Assembly (NCBI GenBank): GCA_900617105.1
Contig: UYFQ01000587.1
Location: forward strand, 1 to 64,000
DNA length: 64,000 bases
Source: Hydrurus foetidus
Lineage: Eukaryota
Direction: 5' to 3'
Below are positions 1 through 13,569 of this stretch, piece after piece. The stretch's first letter is position 1. Every line of letters begins with the position of its first letter. The notes below the pieces were generated by a model that worked only from the letters and a program-made list of their open reading frames with translations, was not told where the DNA came from and made no database searches. The translations under genes were made by a program, and so were the position numbers.

Positions 1-43
1 CCTACTCGGATTCTGGACGTCATACGACAATATCGATGCCGAC

Positions 44-3000
44 ATGCAAAATGATATCTGTAAGGCCTTCTACAAGAAGCTGCCAAAGAACAACAAGTTT
101 ACAGACAATTTCATGGCAAAGACAAAACGTAAGACGAAAAAGACCGGGAAAGATACCATCTTCAAAATGCTCACGCGTCTTGTCGTCATGCTGGGCGAAG
201 CACGCCAGATGATCAAAGACGCGGAGGACATGGGAGGTCTCGACTTCGTCTTCGAGTCAAAGCTCACGCCAACAGACCAAGACGACGCTGAGGTCGCACC
301 TCACCGTGACAGCCACTCGGCTAACGCCTACAAGGCAATCCCAAAACGTCAGGTGGACCCTGAGTCGTCCGGCCTCAGCCGGGCGACCAACTTCTGTCAC
401 ACCTGTGGCAAAAGGGACACAACCGTTACGAATGCCAAAACCACATGAACCCTCACTGCAACCGTAGCCATCGCACTTGGTCGCAGTCTGAGGAGGCAAA
501 GGACTTCAAACGGATTGGTCACGAATTCTTCGTACCAAATGTGTACATCAACGGGGAACTTACCCGGGACACCAACAACCCCGGGGCAGCTACCTACGTG
601 TACCCATCTGACGATGTTGAGAACGACTTCTCTCCTCCAGGGAGAGCCCAAGACGACCGTCCGACCAAGAAACAAAAGCTGGCCACCAACAACAACACCA
701 AGTACAACAAGTACAAGAGCAACCAGACTCAACCGGATAGGGACAACGATCGTTCTAACACGAACAAGTTGAGCTCCAACTACAAGGGAAAAAGTAAGTC
801 ACAACTTGCTAACCCAAGTACGGACATAATCGAGTACGCTCGAGAATTACCGTCAATGAAACAACTTCTATCAGCTGTATTAACTGAAAACATAGATGAT
901 TTCTTACAAGTTCACATATCTCTACCACAGATCCGATCGCCAACTTCAAACCAAGTCGCGACCGACCTGACGATCGCAGGGACAACTCGCACCAGGCGGA
1001 GAGCAAGGAGGGGGACAGACACAAGTCTTCCTCTTCCCTCCTCCTCCAACCAATACGTACCAAACTAGAGGCATGGAAGCCCTAGCCCAAATCGACACTG
1101 GATGTCAAGTCGGGGACGTCATCAACGGTAGAGTCCTTCGGGGCCTCCGTGGCAAAACCCACTTGAGGAAATCCGACTCACCCATGTGGATGTGTAGTGG
1201 CTTAAATAATCAATGTGTAGAATCTACAAATGTGCTTGATATTGTTGTATCATTTAATAAAGACGATTTAAAACACACTTTTAGTCTTCCTGTCCGAATA
1301 GCTCCGGAGTCAAAAGTCGACCTAATCTTAGGATTACAGACTATAAAAAATTTAAATTTGGTAAAAATTATACCAGAGTTCTTCCAGAACCTCGATAAAA
1401 TAACGCCTAGTGCGATACCAGCTTCACCGCTAAAGAAACAAAGGGTGTCGTTCTCGGCTGAGGACGATGCACAAGTACCACACACGGTACTCATAGACAC
1501 CGAACTACCCCCGAGGTAATATCAGCCGAATCAGCGTCAGCAGACACAATCCAAACGGAAATTCCTTTACCGTTACTAACGGAAAAGGACACTGTCCAAA
1601 AGGAAAGTAAAATAGCTGACCCAGGGTCCCCATTACCTCCTGGCATTTTGTCATGGAGGGCATAAATCCCTCGACTACAGACTTTCCCCGGCAGGAGAAC
1701 CTGGTAGCTCGAGGTGCTTGTACACACAAGACTTGCAACTCTTCATGCGGGTGTTCTACAAGCTCAGCGACGGCAGTTGCTCAGCTTGCTTCCGATGAGT
1801 CCATACTACGCACCACCAATTTGACAACACTAGTGTTGCCACTTCCGCGTCAGAATGGATCTGGTGTAAAAACCAAAAGGCGTAAGAGAGTAGCTACTCT
1901 TACACCCTCATCCATAACACCAACCGAAACGCGTGGTATTGCGGCAGCTCTACTTAGGGAGGAAGACGAAGACCTCCCTGAGGTTCGGTCTTTCCGTGAT
2001 AAGGAAGGGATCGACTACAAGTCGAAGGATACCTTCGCTCCTTTTCAAGACAATCAAAACAACGATTCGATGTACTTAATTGATTTAATACATATCGATG
2101 GTACACCAACTGAGATTGCCGAAATTAAAGCGATTTGAAAAAACACAAATCACAAAAACGAGCTCGTTCCAGAAAACGAGCTGGGTCCAGAACCCGCTCG
2201 AATTCCCCCTTTCGATTTCAAAAGGTAAACATACCTCAATGGAAACACTTCCGTAATCGGGGTGCTCCCAGAGTCGCTTCAACGATGCGACAAGAGGAAA
2301 TCAGGAAACAAATCGTAGCAATGCTCAAAAAGGAATAATAAAACCATCCGATGCCTCATATTACTCCCAAGTAATACTTGCAAATAAACCAGACGGTTCA
2401 CTCCGATTCTGCATAGATTACAGGAACCTCAATGAGGCAACCGAATCTGCAAGTTGGCCGATCCCAAATATAAAACAAATGTTATACAGACTTGGCGCGC
2501 AACGGCCAAACGTATTCGGCGTAATCGACCTTACGGCCGGATACCACCAAGCCCCAATAACACTGGCGGCACAAGTATTTACCGCATTTATAACATTTAT
2601 GGGTATATACCAATTCACACGACTACCATTCGGTCCCAAGATGGCCCCATCATACTTTCAACAGATGATGGCGTCAATAGTACTACTTGGCCTGATATAC
2701 AGCATCTGTGAAGTCTATTTAGACGACATCATCATATATGCTGATGGACACATCCAATTCTGTGAACGTTTAGAAACATTGTTTCAACGTCTAGAAGATA
2801 AAAACATTTCACTCAAGGCTGCAAAGCTAAGACTTAACGTCAAAGTAGTTGAATATGTTGGTAGACAAATATCTAAGGAAGGTATATCAATGAGCTCCAA
2901 AAAGATAACGGGTGTGACTGACTTTCCGATGCCAAGAAAGACAACTGAACTACGTTCGTTCCTCGGTCTCACCAATTACTTTAGGGATCATGTACCAAAT

Positions 3001-4861
3001 CACTCAAATGTGGTAGCACCGCTACACAAAATGATAGATCACGCCGCCAAAAGCAAACATTGCTTGTCTGGACAGACGAAGCGGCCGACGCGTTTACGTT
3101 AGTCAAAGATCTTATCTCCAAGAGTCCCTTATTATATTTCATCGACGATGTAGCACCTATTACCCTCATGACAGATGCGTCTGACTACGGTATAGGTGGT
3201 TATTTATATCAAGAAGTCGACGGAGTCAAACAACTCGTCGCTCTCGTAAGCAAATCTCTTACCAAGACCCAGTTGAAATGGTCCGTAATACAAAAAGAGG
3301 CTTACGCCCTTTACTTTGCTGTGACTATCTCGACGCCCTGCTACGAGATCGTAAGTTTACTATCCTGACCGATCACAAAAATCTTACTTTCCTGCACAAG
3401 GATAAAAATGAGATGGTCGGAAGATGGCGCTGTGCGCTACAGGAATTAGATTTACGATAGGGTATATCCCTGGGAAAAATAATGAAGTCGCTGACGCAAT
3501 GTCACGCCTATGTAAAAACAAGATGCCGAAACACATCATAACAGCAATCCTTACTTGCAAACCGCTTGCAGCGGAAATATATGCATACTTAATGCGTGTC
3601 CACAACTCTACCGTTGGGCACGGAGGATTCAATCGCACTTTGCGAAACCTAAAAAATAGGGAAAGTATGGGAAGGCATGAGACACGATATAAGAGCATAC
3701 ATTAAACAATGCCCGTGTTGCCAAAAGATGTCTGCTGACAAACAAAACCCGTCACCCATCGTTTCACAACATCAACATATGCACCTATGGAATGCATAAA
3801 CATAGACTTTATTGGTCCATTCCCGGATAAAGGATACATCCTTGTTATGGTAGACACCTTCACAAGGTTTGTCGAACTATCAGCCACAACTGATAATACT
3901 GCAAAATCGGCCGTAACAGGCCTAATAGAACACATCGGTCGCTACGGAGCTCCCAAATTCCTGCGATCCGATAACGGTTCCCATTTCGTAAACAAAATCC
4001 TCGAGGAATTTGTAAAAGTTGCCGGTACAACACACAACCTTATTCTACCATACTCTTCGCAAGAAAACTCGATAGTAGAGCGTATGAATAAGGAAATTAA
4101 CCGACACATCACGGCATTTACATTTGACCGTGCAACTACGGAAAACTACCGAGAAATTTTACCATTCGTACAACGAATTATAAATACGACATTCAACGTA
4201 CGGACACAGTCAACAGCAGCAAAGCTTATATACGGCAATGCTATTGACCTTGATGCCAACATCCTTCTCCCTCGAGATGAGATAAACTTAGACATGGCTC
4301 ATGTCACCCATTCTACTGAGAAAATTATGCAGATGCAAGATGAACTCATCAGAATCACTGCTGAACTACTCAAAGAAGCGGACGAGAAACGAAAAGCAGG
4401 CGGTTCCACCGACTACACAACGTTCGAAATCGACTCGTTGGTACTGGTTACCCACCGCACATCAAAACCAACACGCATGCACACTTTATGGAAAGGTCCC
4501 ATGCAAGTGGTCGCAACGATCTCGACGAGTATACACTACTCGATCTTATTACCAACCGCGAAAAAGATACCATGTATCAAATATTAAACAATTTGAGTTT
4601 GACCCTACAAAGGTCAACCCAACCGATATCGCCCGACGAGATTATCTCGAATTCTTTATCGAAGATATCCTAGCAATGGAAGGGAACATCCGAGTGGTGG
4701 GAACATTAAAGTTTCACGTCAAGTGGCTAAATTATCCCCACGACAGAAACACTTGGGAACCGTGGAAAAACATGCGTGACGCTGAAAAAGTCCACGAGTT
4801 CTTAATTGCTAAAAACCTAAAACACTTGATTCCAAGTAAATTTGCTGCAAATTATCGTTAA
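44..4861 (+). CDS. gag-pol polyprotein of element 1, broken by many 1-nt indels (5' partial)
   Basis: ORFs 44-448, 445-1068, 1073-1519, 1653-2138, 2135-2338, 2479-3102, 3060-3368, 3424-3705, 3787-4587 and 4301-4861 tile one polyprotein. The junctions I checked are short homopolymer runs. Confidence 0.85.
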
Positions 4862-5079
4862 CCGATACACAGTATAAAACACATAGGTTTACAAAAAAAA
4901 AAAAAACACTAAATCATAAAGATTACTCCCAATTTTCATCCTAACAGATTTTAGGGAGGTTTACTCAGTACGAACTTTATGTTTTCAGTCTGAGATAGTA
5001 GTTTTATGTTAGTATTTAGACATAGATAAGTTGTTAATGAAAAATTTAGTACACCTTTTCTTCCAAAGAGAGGGGCCAT

Positions 5080-5285
5080 TGTGACCCGCACAGCTGTACA
5101 GCTGTACGGGTACAGGCGTACGTTCGGTTCGGATCGGGGACGATCCGAGCCATCCGATTCATGACTTGCCTATCGCTGTGTTTATCTGTAAGCTAACCAC
5201 ATCTCTTTAGCAACAGCACCAGCACAACAGCTGCCTTCCTCTTGCCCTCGCGCCCCGTCCCATTAGACCCACCGCAGAGCCCATA
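5080..5285 (+). repeat. probable 3' LTR of element 1 (TGTGAC...CCCATA)
   Basis: Starts 4 nt after the PPT. Shares TGTACGG(G/A)TACA, CTGTAA(G/A)CTA and terminal CCATA with the element 2 LTR. The right boundary is inferred by analogy because the partner LTR is outside the window. Confidence 0.6.
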
Positions 5286-5296
5286 GTTAGGCCACA

Positions 5297-5422
5297 CAAC
5301 ATACAACATACAACATACAACATACAACATACAACATACAACATACAACATACAACATACAACATACAACATACAACATACAACATACAACATACAACAT
5401 ACATCATACAACACACAACACA
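5297..5422. repeat. heptamer tandem array (CAACATA)15 plus 3 variant units
   Basis: Read directly; it produces the spurious MLYVVCC ORFs. Confidence 0.95.
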
Positions 5423-6442
5423 CAGATCAGTTTCAAGGGCCCCCTTGTCAGTATGATGCACCGTATACCGTATACCATACCATATACGGTGCAGTACTGT
5501 AGATTGCGTATTGCGTACTACGTATGGTACTGTACTGAATGAAGAGGACGACGGTATACGTGCTTACCTACCACAGATTATTGTGACAAGAGATTGATCG
5601 ATTGGCCGATAGACAGGAAGAAGTCTTCACTCCACTGAATAGTGCCTTGTCTTTCTAGCCGAAAATGACGCAACTGTTAATGGTCATCTAAAGTGTTAAA
5701 TTTTTGTTGGCCTGTTCCTGTGCAAGAAAGTATCATTGAAAAAGAACGACGATTTCCGCCCTGTTTGGAAAATTTCTATGATACCATGATTTGACAAATA
5801 TCTTCTGCACTTTTTAAAGATGGATTACTTACACGCTGATTTTGAAATTTTATGTTTTGTACTATGATAAATCAAATTGCGCATAAAGAAATGCATTCAT
5901 GAATTTTATATTAACATGCAAATTTACATCATTGGCACACAATTAAATGTGTATCCGTGCATGTTACTGTACCGTATGAAATTTTGAATCTAAATTTTCC
6001 CTTGATTTTCCTAAGTGGAAAGAAAACGTTAAGTTCATTTTGATTTCTCTCTATGACCAGAGAGGGCCAATCCACACTAGCGCAGCAGTAAGAAAACTCA
6101 TCCTACGAATAGGCGTGAAATTTGTAAAATCCAGATGACCAAGATGGCCAGATTGTAGGCTGTGAAACTGAATCTCGACCTTCAACTCAGTCCCCTTTCA
6201 AGAAACGAATATTTCTCCAATAAACCGGGTATTCCGCACATTTTTTTGGTGTTTTTTCCCGGCAAGTGCGAGTGTGTCGACGCACAAACTGTTAACCTAC
6301 TTACAGTTCGGCACGAGTGAATAGCTGTTGCTGCCAATCAACGAGGTAAATATCTCTCTTTGGGATTTTCCCTTCGCTCTGTAACACAGTTCGCGTGGCA
6401 GCTTTGAAAAATTTACGTTATGAACCGTTCCTGAAAAATGAA

Positions 6443-7839
6443 ATGAAAGTTGCAATGAATATGAGCATGCCAAATCCTCTGACATCGAGCGATGAGATTG
6501 CAAATGGTACGGGCAATCTAAGCATTGACGCATCAATACCGTCTTCACCTTCTAGCAATAGTAGTTCGAGCAGCTACAACGCAAAACCTTGCGCTTTTTT
6601 TGCAAAAGGGAACTGTCGCAATGGAACCGCCTGCAGATTTAGTCACGCGAGCACATCAGGGAACGCAGAAAAAAGTGTGTACAATATCACAAGCGGCTCT
6701 AGTTCTCCTGGGGAATTGACGACACCTCCGCCCCCTATTCTTATTAATTTACCTCCTGGTCATCCAGTTTATTCTATTGATGTGGAGTGTGTTGCAACCG
6801 GTGTTCAACATAATGCCAGATCAATTGCACAAGTGGCACTAGTCGATGAATGGAGCAGACCTGTATTTAGTGTGCTAATAAAACAGGACATGCCTGTGCT
6901 ATCGTATATCACAGAGTTGACTGGACTTACCAAGGAAATCTTGGACTCCCATGGCCTCCCACTAGGTAAGCAGAAATCGACAGCAATAACTCCAATGATG
7001 CGCACTATGGACGATTTACTATCACGCAATACGACGCATCCAACATTCAACACACTTTTCTCAGTGACAGGATTTCTTTGTGCATTATTTCTGAAGTGAT
7101 CGTTATGATTTCCTTACCACCACTGCCACACTGCATTTACAATATTTCGCTTTCGCTGAATCGTTTTTTATGTCTTTAATGATACAGCGGAGGCTTTGGC
7201 CCTACTTCGTGCTCATCTGCCTCCAAATGCAATTTTGGTCGGACAGAGCATTTTAAAGGACGTGCAATGGCTGCAGTTAGCGGAGGGCGTGGATTACTAC
7301 TCCCTCATTGATCTGTCGGCCCTATTCAGAGTATGGAACCAACAGCGCGGACAGTACACCAACTTCTCCCAAGACCACTGCGCGAAGGTGTGGATTGGAG
7401 TGGGTGAGAGGGCGCATCACAACGCCATTGAAGACGCTGCCATCAGCATGTCCCTCTTCAACGCGTACCGTATGGTACAGTGGGATCCAAACAGGTCTTA
7501 CACTGCACTGCACCGCATTCATTATACTCCATTCTACTTCATTCCACCTGAGACTCTCACAGTGACTGCTGTGATGACTCATTATTTGAGCACATAGCCT
7601 TACCATCGAACACAGATAGAGACTGACGACTTCGCATTACATCACATTGAACCTTCGCAGCACTTCAAACATGTCACACCCTAAAATACCCTTATACGCT
7701 ATTTTGCAGACTGTATCAAATGCAGATGGCCACTCTCTCTTCCCCTCGCATCCCGGGATTTTCTTCGGTTCATCCCGTGATAGATGGATGCTGCATGGGC
7801 AACAGAAAAAAGTGTTCATGCGGCAGTGCATTCTTGTAA
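6443..7839 (+). CDS. CCCH zinc finger + DEDDh 3'-5' exonuclease (REX4/ISG20-like), 3 exons
   Basis: CAFFAKGNCRNGTACRFSH (C-x8-C-x5-C-x3-H type). SIDVECV..IAQVALVD..TELTGLT, LVGQSILKD, HNAIEDA. The last exon ends IDGCCMGNRKKCSCGSAFL*. Approximate exons 6443-6964, 7189-7493, 7710-7839 with GT-AG borders. Confidence 0.85.
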
Positions 7840-9759
7840 ATTGACGAAACAGCCCGGCTCGACCTAGTCTCAGGAGACAAAAGCAGAGTTGATCTAGTGC
7901 ATAGAACGAGTTTGATAAGGTACAGCAGAGCGTATAGTAGAGGAGACGGCAGCATCGTGTTTTACAATACGGTGCAAAGCAGTGCAGTCAAAAACCTCAA
8001 GGCTATGTCGAGAAAGGGATTGATGGATGGCACAGGATGGAATGGGACGACGTGAGAGAAAAAATGAAATAAAATGAATCGATACAAGAACAACTCAAAA
8101 CTGAATTTTGCTTGCCTAGTCCATGCAGCAAAGCAGTCTATGCGTGGAAGAAATGAACGGTAAAAAAAATGAAAAGTAAAGAGAAAAAAGAATCGAAAGA
8201 AAATGTTGATAAAAGAACATAATGCGGCACAGTATTAAAGGGGGCGGGGGAAGGCTGTCTGTCTGATTCATCGGTGTTGCAGATACTGAAAGTGCGGATG
8301 CCGTTGTGGGTATATCGCGGATATGGCTGGATGTAGAACCAGCGCAGCACACGGGATAGTGGAGTAGAGTTGCCCCACATTAATAAATTAGTCTGAAAGG
8401 CTTTGTAGATAGAAGAGAAATGCAACAATCAAATCCATGGACTGATACGTGGCAGTCAGACAGAGCGTGCCACGGAGACGAACAGAGGGGGTAAGACAGT
8501 GGCTTGACATTCTAACCATGCTACAATACACCAGTCTTCCCCATCCCATCCCGTCTATCCAGTCATGCATAACGTTGCGGAGAACGTACTTTCCGTACTG
8601 TACATACGCAGCAACTCCATACACGTGTTTTAGAAAGCATAGCATAGTCACACACGTTTTGTTTATAGTTTGGACATCGAGGTGTTCAGGCTGTGAATCA
8701 TTACTTTAGAAGAGAGAGGAAGAAAGGTAGGAGAGAGTCCCTGTAGGCCGAATGATTAGAGGGCACTGAGAAGAAAGGCATCATTAGGATGGCGAAGATC
8801 GGATCAGCCCCTCAACCGCAACTTAAACTCAGTTGCATCGCATCACAGAGTAGTCGAGTTGGCTTGGTTGGAATGGTGAGTGGAACGCGCAGCGGGGAAC
8901 AGAACAGAGCAGAGCAGAGCAGAACAGTCATGGCACGACACGACACGAACAGAACAAATAACGTATGAAATGTTTCCACGATGTCCTTAGAATGGGCCTT
9001 TGTCTGTCTGTCTGTCTGTCCATCCTCCATCTATGTTTTCTGTTTGTGTTGCATCGTCACCACATAAGATAAGATAGGATGAGACCCGATGGAGTGACGT
9101 ACTGTCCCCGCACCGCACCGTATAAAACATCTCACAAATAATTTAAAAATCTTAAATTGGAACCAAAAATAAATGGCGAGAATGACGTTTCAAAAAAGCT
9201 GTTCCTGAATTTTATGTTTGCGCGACGCGAAGCGATAGTTTCTTCAGTAAAACAGAGTATGTGTAATTTTTCTGATTCGTCCTTTCTTCTTGTAATTCGT
9301 AATAACTGATATCGGGGGTTCGACTTCATTCTCTTTTGGTTCTTGATGTGGTGCCGCCTCTGCTTTCTCTGCATGTGCAGGTGCGATGCAATGCGATGTG
9401 CCGGTCCTTCACGTGATACCCACAGCGATAGCATCAACCGTCATAGAGTCTATGACTCTCCATACGTCATACCGGTTACCACAAATCAAGTCCGAATTGA
9501 GGTAACATCGGATGAGGTTTCACCAACGGACAAATTCGAGTTTGATTGAGTGTGTTTCGCACACTCTTCGAGAGCGAGTTGTCAATTAGTTACATGTCAT
9601 AAATACAATGTGCTGCTTATTGTAAGCGCCTTCCGATCAGTCGCCGCAGCAAGGGCTATTATGTTAAAGTTGAAGAAGCCATCGAAAATCAGGTGTTGAC
9701 AGCACTGTGGCCGGGAAGGACTCAGATCAGTCAGTCCAATCAATTCAGTCAGGTCCTGC

Positions 9760-12650
9760 TTACTGCCTGGACCATGTGCCGAAGGTGGCCCCCTGGTTGT
9801 GCCATCTATCTTCTCCGAGGCAATGTCTGCTGCCCACTAGAGGGGTGTGGAACATGCCCGCTGAGGTCACGTACACAAAGCTGCGAGAGTCAGGAGCCCA
9901 TGGGTTGTACACCTAGAAGTACAGAGAGAGAAATGCAAGACGAAGCAATGGGATATGCAAGCTGATCAGTGGGGAGCAATGTACGGCAGACTGTGCAACT
10001 GATACTAACGTGCAGCCAAATGCTGATAAGATGAGATTGTTGTAGCGTACCTGTGCGTATTGACTGGAGAAAGCCACGTATGTCTTCATGAAGTAGGGAG
10101 TGGGTTTGAATGTCTCGTATTCCCTCAGCTCTTGCATGGGGAAGTTGAACACCGAGTACTGCATGTCCGAGTTGAGACCTACTTGGAACGAGTTCCCTCC
10201 TCTCGCCCTCTGCATTATCACGTCTTCCGCTGTGTGTCTAGCCGCGGTGAGGCAAAGAAGTTTCGTGGAGTCAGGGGAGAAATAAAACGATACCGTTAGC
10301 TTGGGGTTGGGGATCTCGTACTGCATGCCAGAAGCGAGACTAGAGGGATCTAGTGCGTCCTCCCCCTCCACGACCGTGAGGCGGTAGTGCCCCGCCTCGA
10401 TGTCCTCTTCCAGGACAACAGCTCTGGAGTTGTCAGGGGCTACGAGAAAGTTCACCTGCCCTTTAACCTCCATAATTCTCTTGCTCCTCATTGCTCCATT
10501 TTCGTCTCTCTTCCACCTACTGATGGACTTGCTCACCAGCCAGCCATCCTCCACCACGAGGACACTGTCACCTCCACCTGCACTGTGGCACACAGGAGTT
10601 GACCACCTGTCGTTCGGATGGGAGTCAGATATCTTCGACCAAGGCTCTTCGAAGCCTTCTCTGTGCAGCCACACAGCCTTCACAGGCTCGGCACTATTTT
10701 TCCCGCTGCTGGCATCAGTGCTCTTACTCGCTGACCTCTCGCAATGGGCGACTATCGTTGAGTTCTGCTTGCTAGATGTTGTGTATGTGAAGAACAAATC
10801 CTTCCCTGTCATCAGTGTTTCGATTTTTCTTGGCGCAAAGCGGGCCATGGCCTCTTGACCCCCAATAGCCTTCTTCCCTGCGTACTTCCCCCACCGCATG
10901 GATGTCAGTGACGTCTGATCCACTCCACTTGAACATAGCATAACAAGACTCTCGTCATCAGGGGAGAACCGGAGGAAGAGGGGGATTTCAGGGAGTTCTA
11001 GTGAGTCGAATATAGGGGTGCTGTCTTTGCCTCCATAGTCCTTCGGGTCTGTTGGCACTTGATACACTACTGCATTGGCCCTCACTATGGAAGGTTGAGC
11101 TGAGGGGATGTTACGAGTCGGTCAGACTGTCAGGTAAGTTGGGAGGGGTGACCGCGCAGTAGAGTACTTAAAAGTGATGCGGCTCTTCGAAATACAAAAT
11201 TCTGTCACGTACTTACGCTTGATCAAGCGATTCGGCTTCATTAAATCCATACTTAACTTAAAGGACTTTGAAAAACACGATGAGCATTATTTTCACTAAT
11301 TGACTTCTCAGCAGGGAAACACTATGACATGATAAAGATGCAACACAATTCCAACGCATGTGCATCAGTGTCCACAGTGACGTCCATAATACACGCAGCG
11401 CAGTCAGCGTGAAACCAGGGGAAAGTGGTGAGGTGCGGTTTTCAGAATGAGTGAAACAGTAAGCCATAACAATGATTTTATTTGATATGAAGTGGTTACA
11501 GTGGTAGTAATGTCACGAGAGAATGCTGTGTAAATGCAAGTGTGTCATACCGTTTGCTGACTCCTTTATGTGCATCTCTGCAAAAGCAACGAATTTGCCC
11601 TTGTTCGAAAAGACGGGTTGTTGAAATTGTCTTCGAAGACCTTCGGGGTGTAGAACAAGATAGGAAGCGTGAGAGAAATATCAATGAGCTGGGCGCTAGA
11701 ATAGTCAAGGATGCTTGTTCAAACTTACAGAACATAGCAAGTCATGTAGTTCCCACTCAAAAATACACACGTTCAGCAACGGCGTACTCGCTATGAAAAC
11801 TCCTCATATCAGTCATCTATGACGTGTTGTCAGACTGATGACGTACGACAATTCGCCTTTTCAGCTTGAATGTACACTCTTACCCCTTTCTGTGAGTGGA
11901 GCCGAGGGAACCATGCGGTGGTGCACGCTCCCCTGTCCTCTCATGAGATTCACGATATCACCTGGAAAGCTCACCACAGCAATCTGGTTGATGTGCTGAA
12001 GAGATACAGGGAGCTGCCTATCGAAGTTGTGGATTAGTCTGTTGATGTAAAGCGCTGCGTAAGTCATGTTTCCCTCCTGAGCTTCTCTTAAATCGGAATG
12101 AAGTTTTGTCACAGGATATGACTCTAGCAGCTCTAATTTTGTGCGTTGAAGATCTTCGTACTTCACAGCCGATAGAGGAGATACCATCGGTCCCTTAGGA
12201 TGTGCTAAAGCGTACTCATGCAGCCAAATTTGCTCTTCTACTGCGAACAATCTGTTTCTAACAAGAATCAGAAGTTCTTTCTGTGTTAATGCTGCGGTAG
12301 GAGCGACTTTATTGCCAGTTGGGATAGATGGGGTTGAAACTGTAGATTCGCTGTAGATTCGCTGACCATTCTGAGGGGCTGCAGGTATCGAAAAGTGAAA
12401 TTGTTAGCTCGATAATTTCTTTATCGCTTGCAGACATTTCCAGTACATGTATACGAGACGACAAACCTGATCGAGGTCCGAAAAAGGCTGGAACAAAGGC
12501 GAACGATCTGGAGTGTGTATAATGCCAGTTAGAGCATTCATGAGAACACGCCTCATGCTCAACTACGTGTGTAGTCTCATAAATAAAGGAAACTTACGGT
12601 GACAGTTGTATTGACAACAAAAACGCTGCGAGAACAACTGATGGCGTCAT
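9760..12650 (-). CDS. TolB/PD40-like beta-propeller protein with N-terminal signal peptide, multi-exon
   Basis: Leader MTPSVVLAAFLLSIQLS. Blade motifs FQQPVFSNKGKFVAF, PLFLRFSPDDESLVML, FLVAPDNSRAVV, FYFSPDSTKLLCL, NPWAPDSRSFVY, GATFGTWSRQ*. The exons from ~11884 downward that I checked join in frame. Confidence 0.7.
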
Positions 12651-13305
12651 CTTGATTGCAACCGAGAATGAAGAAGTTTCTGAGCTATTGGGCAGCTGAA
12701 GAGAGTATTCTAGAGATTTGCAATTGCAATCCAGTTGCCAAATTCGGGTTTCACTTCGCTCTCCACAGTGGATGTTACGTGGAGATGTCAGATACAGTTG
12801 ACTTTCTTATGACTGCCTCAATGTGATGTCATTCATGCTCTGCTGGCATAGAACAGAAAGTTTGAAGATGCGTTCTGGGTTCTTCGGCATATTCCCCACT
12901 AAATAGATGACTAAAATACTAAAAAGTAGGGAACCATCATGCATGTACTTTGCTTTCCTGGTCTGTGTTCTGTGTGGTGTTTGAATTTCATCGAGCGCTG
13001 GTAGATGAAGCTGCCGACAGGATAAAAATTTGAATGAAAAGCGAAATGCAGTAGACAACTCGTAATCAAAGATGAAAAACGGAATTTCTTTAGCATCGCC
13101 TGTAATTATCAGCATAGTCTTCTGCGGGCTCATACAACGTTAACGGTAACACGCATACTCAATTCAGCAGATGCCATCAGGTGATGTGGGAGTGGCCCGA
13201 TGATACTCTATGCTCAATAATTGAACTTTCAGAAGTGGGATCCGAAGTATTATTAACATTATGGGTCGCAGAAAAGAATCGTTGATTGCCAAATCTCAAT
13301 ACCAT

Positions 13306-13569
13306 TATGGTCGTTGGTGACCAAAGGACGGTGGACGAGGACGATGGACGAGGACGGAGGCGAAAAACGAAGATGGGGGAGGTGGAAGAGTATTCTTATA
13401 GTTTACAGCGAGAAACAAGCAGTAGTATCTACAGTGATGTGTACTCGCGTGGAAACGAAAAGAAAAGAAAACTGTACCGGACTTTGGGTCCGTTCTAGAA
13501 TCTACAGTACAGGTATAGTATACAGTCACAGTGTATCCGTACATGCAGTACAGATACAGTGAGGCTACA
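13306..13569 (-). repeat. 3' LTR of element 2
   Basis: Matches 18773-19036 with no difference seen; minus-strand termini TGTAGC...GACCATA. Confidence 0.95.

Larger units (their letters stand above)
1..5285 (+). mobile_element. Ty3/Gypsy chromodomain LTR retrotransposon, element 1 (5' end outside window)
   Basis: Domain order across frameshifted ORFs: gag CCHC knuckle (CHTCGKRxHNRYEC, ~394-435), protease (QIDTG), RT (IDLTAGYHQ, RLPFG, YLDD), RNase H (TDASDYGIGG), integrase (HNSTVGH..CPCC, IDFIGP, SDNGSHF, ENSIVERMN, WKGPMQV), chromodomain (FFIEDIL..FHVKWLNYPHDRNTWEP). PPT AAAGAGAGGGG at 5065-5075, then TGTGAC. Confidence 0.95.

Noticed and set aside
5193..5461. ORFs of repeated MLYVVCC
   Set aside because: Translation of the (CAACATA)n array, not a gene.
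8116..9549. Short ORFs between the convergent exonuclease and propeller genes
   Set aside because: No recognisable motifs and no consistent exon chain.
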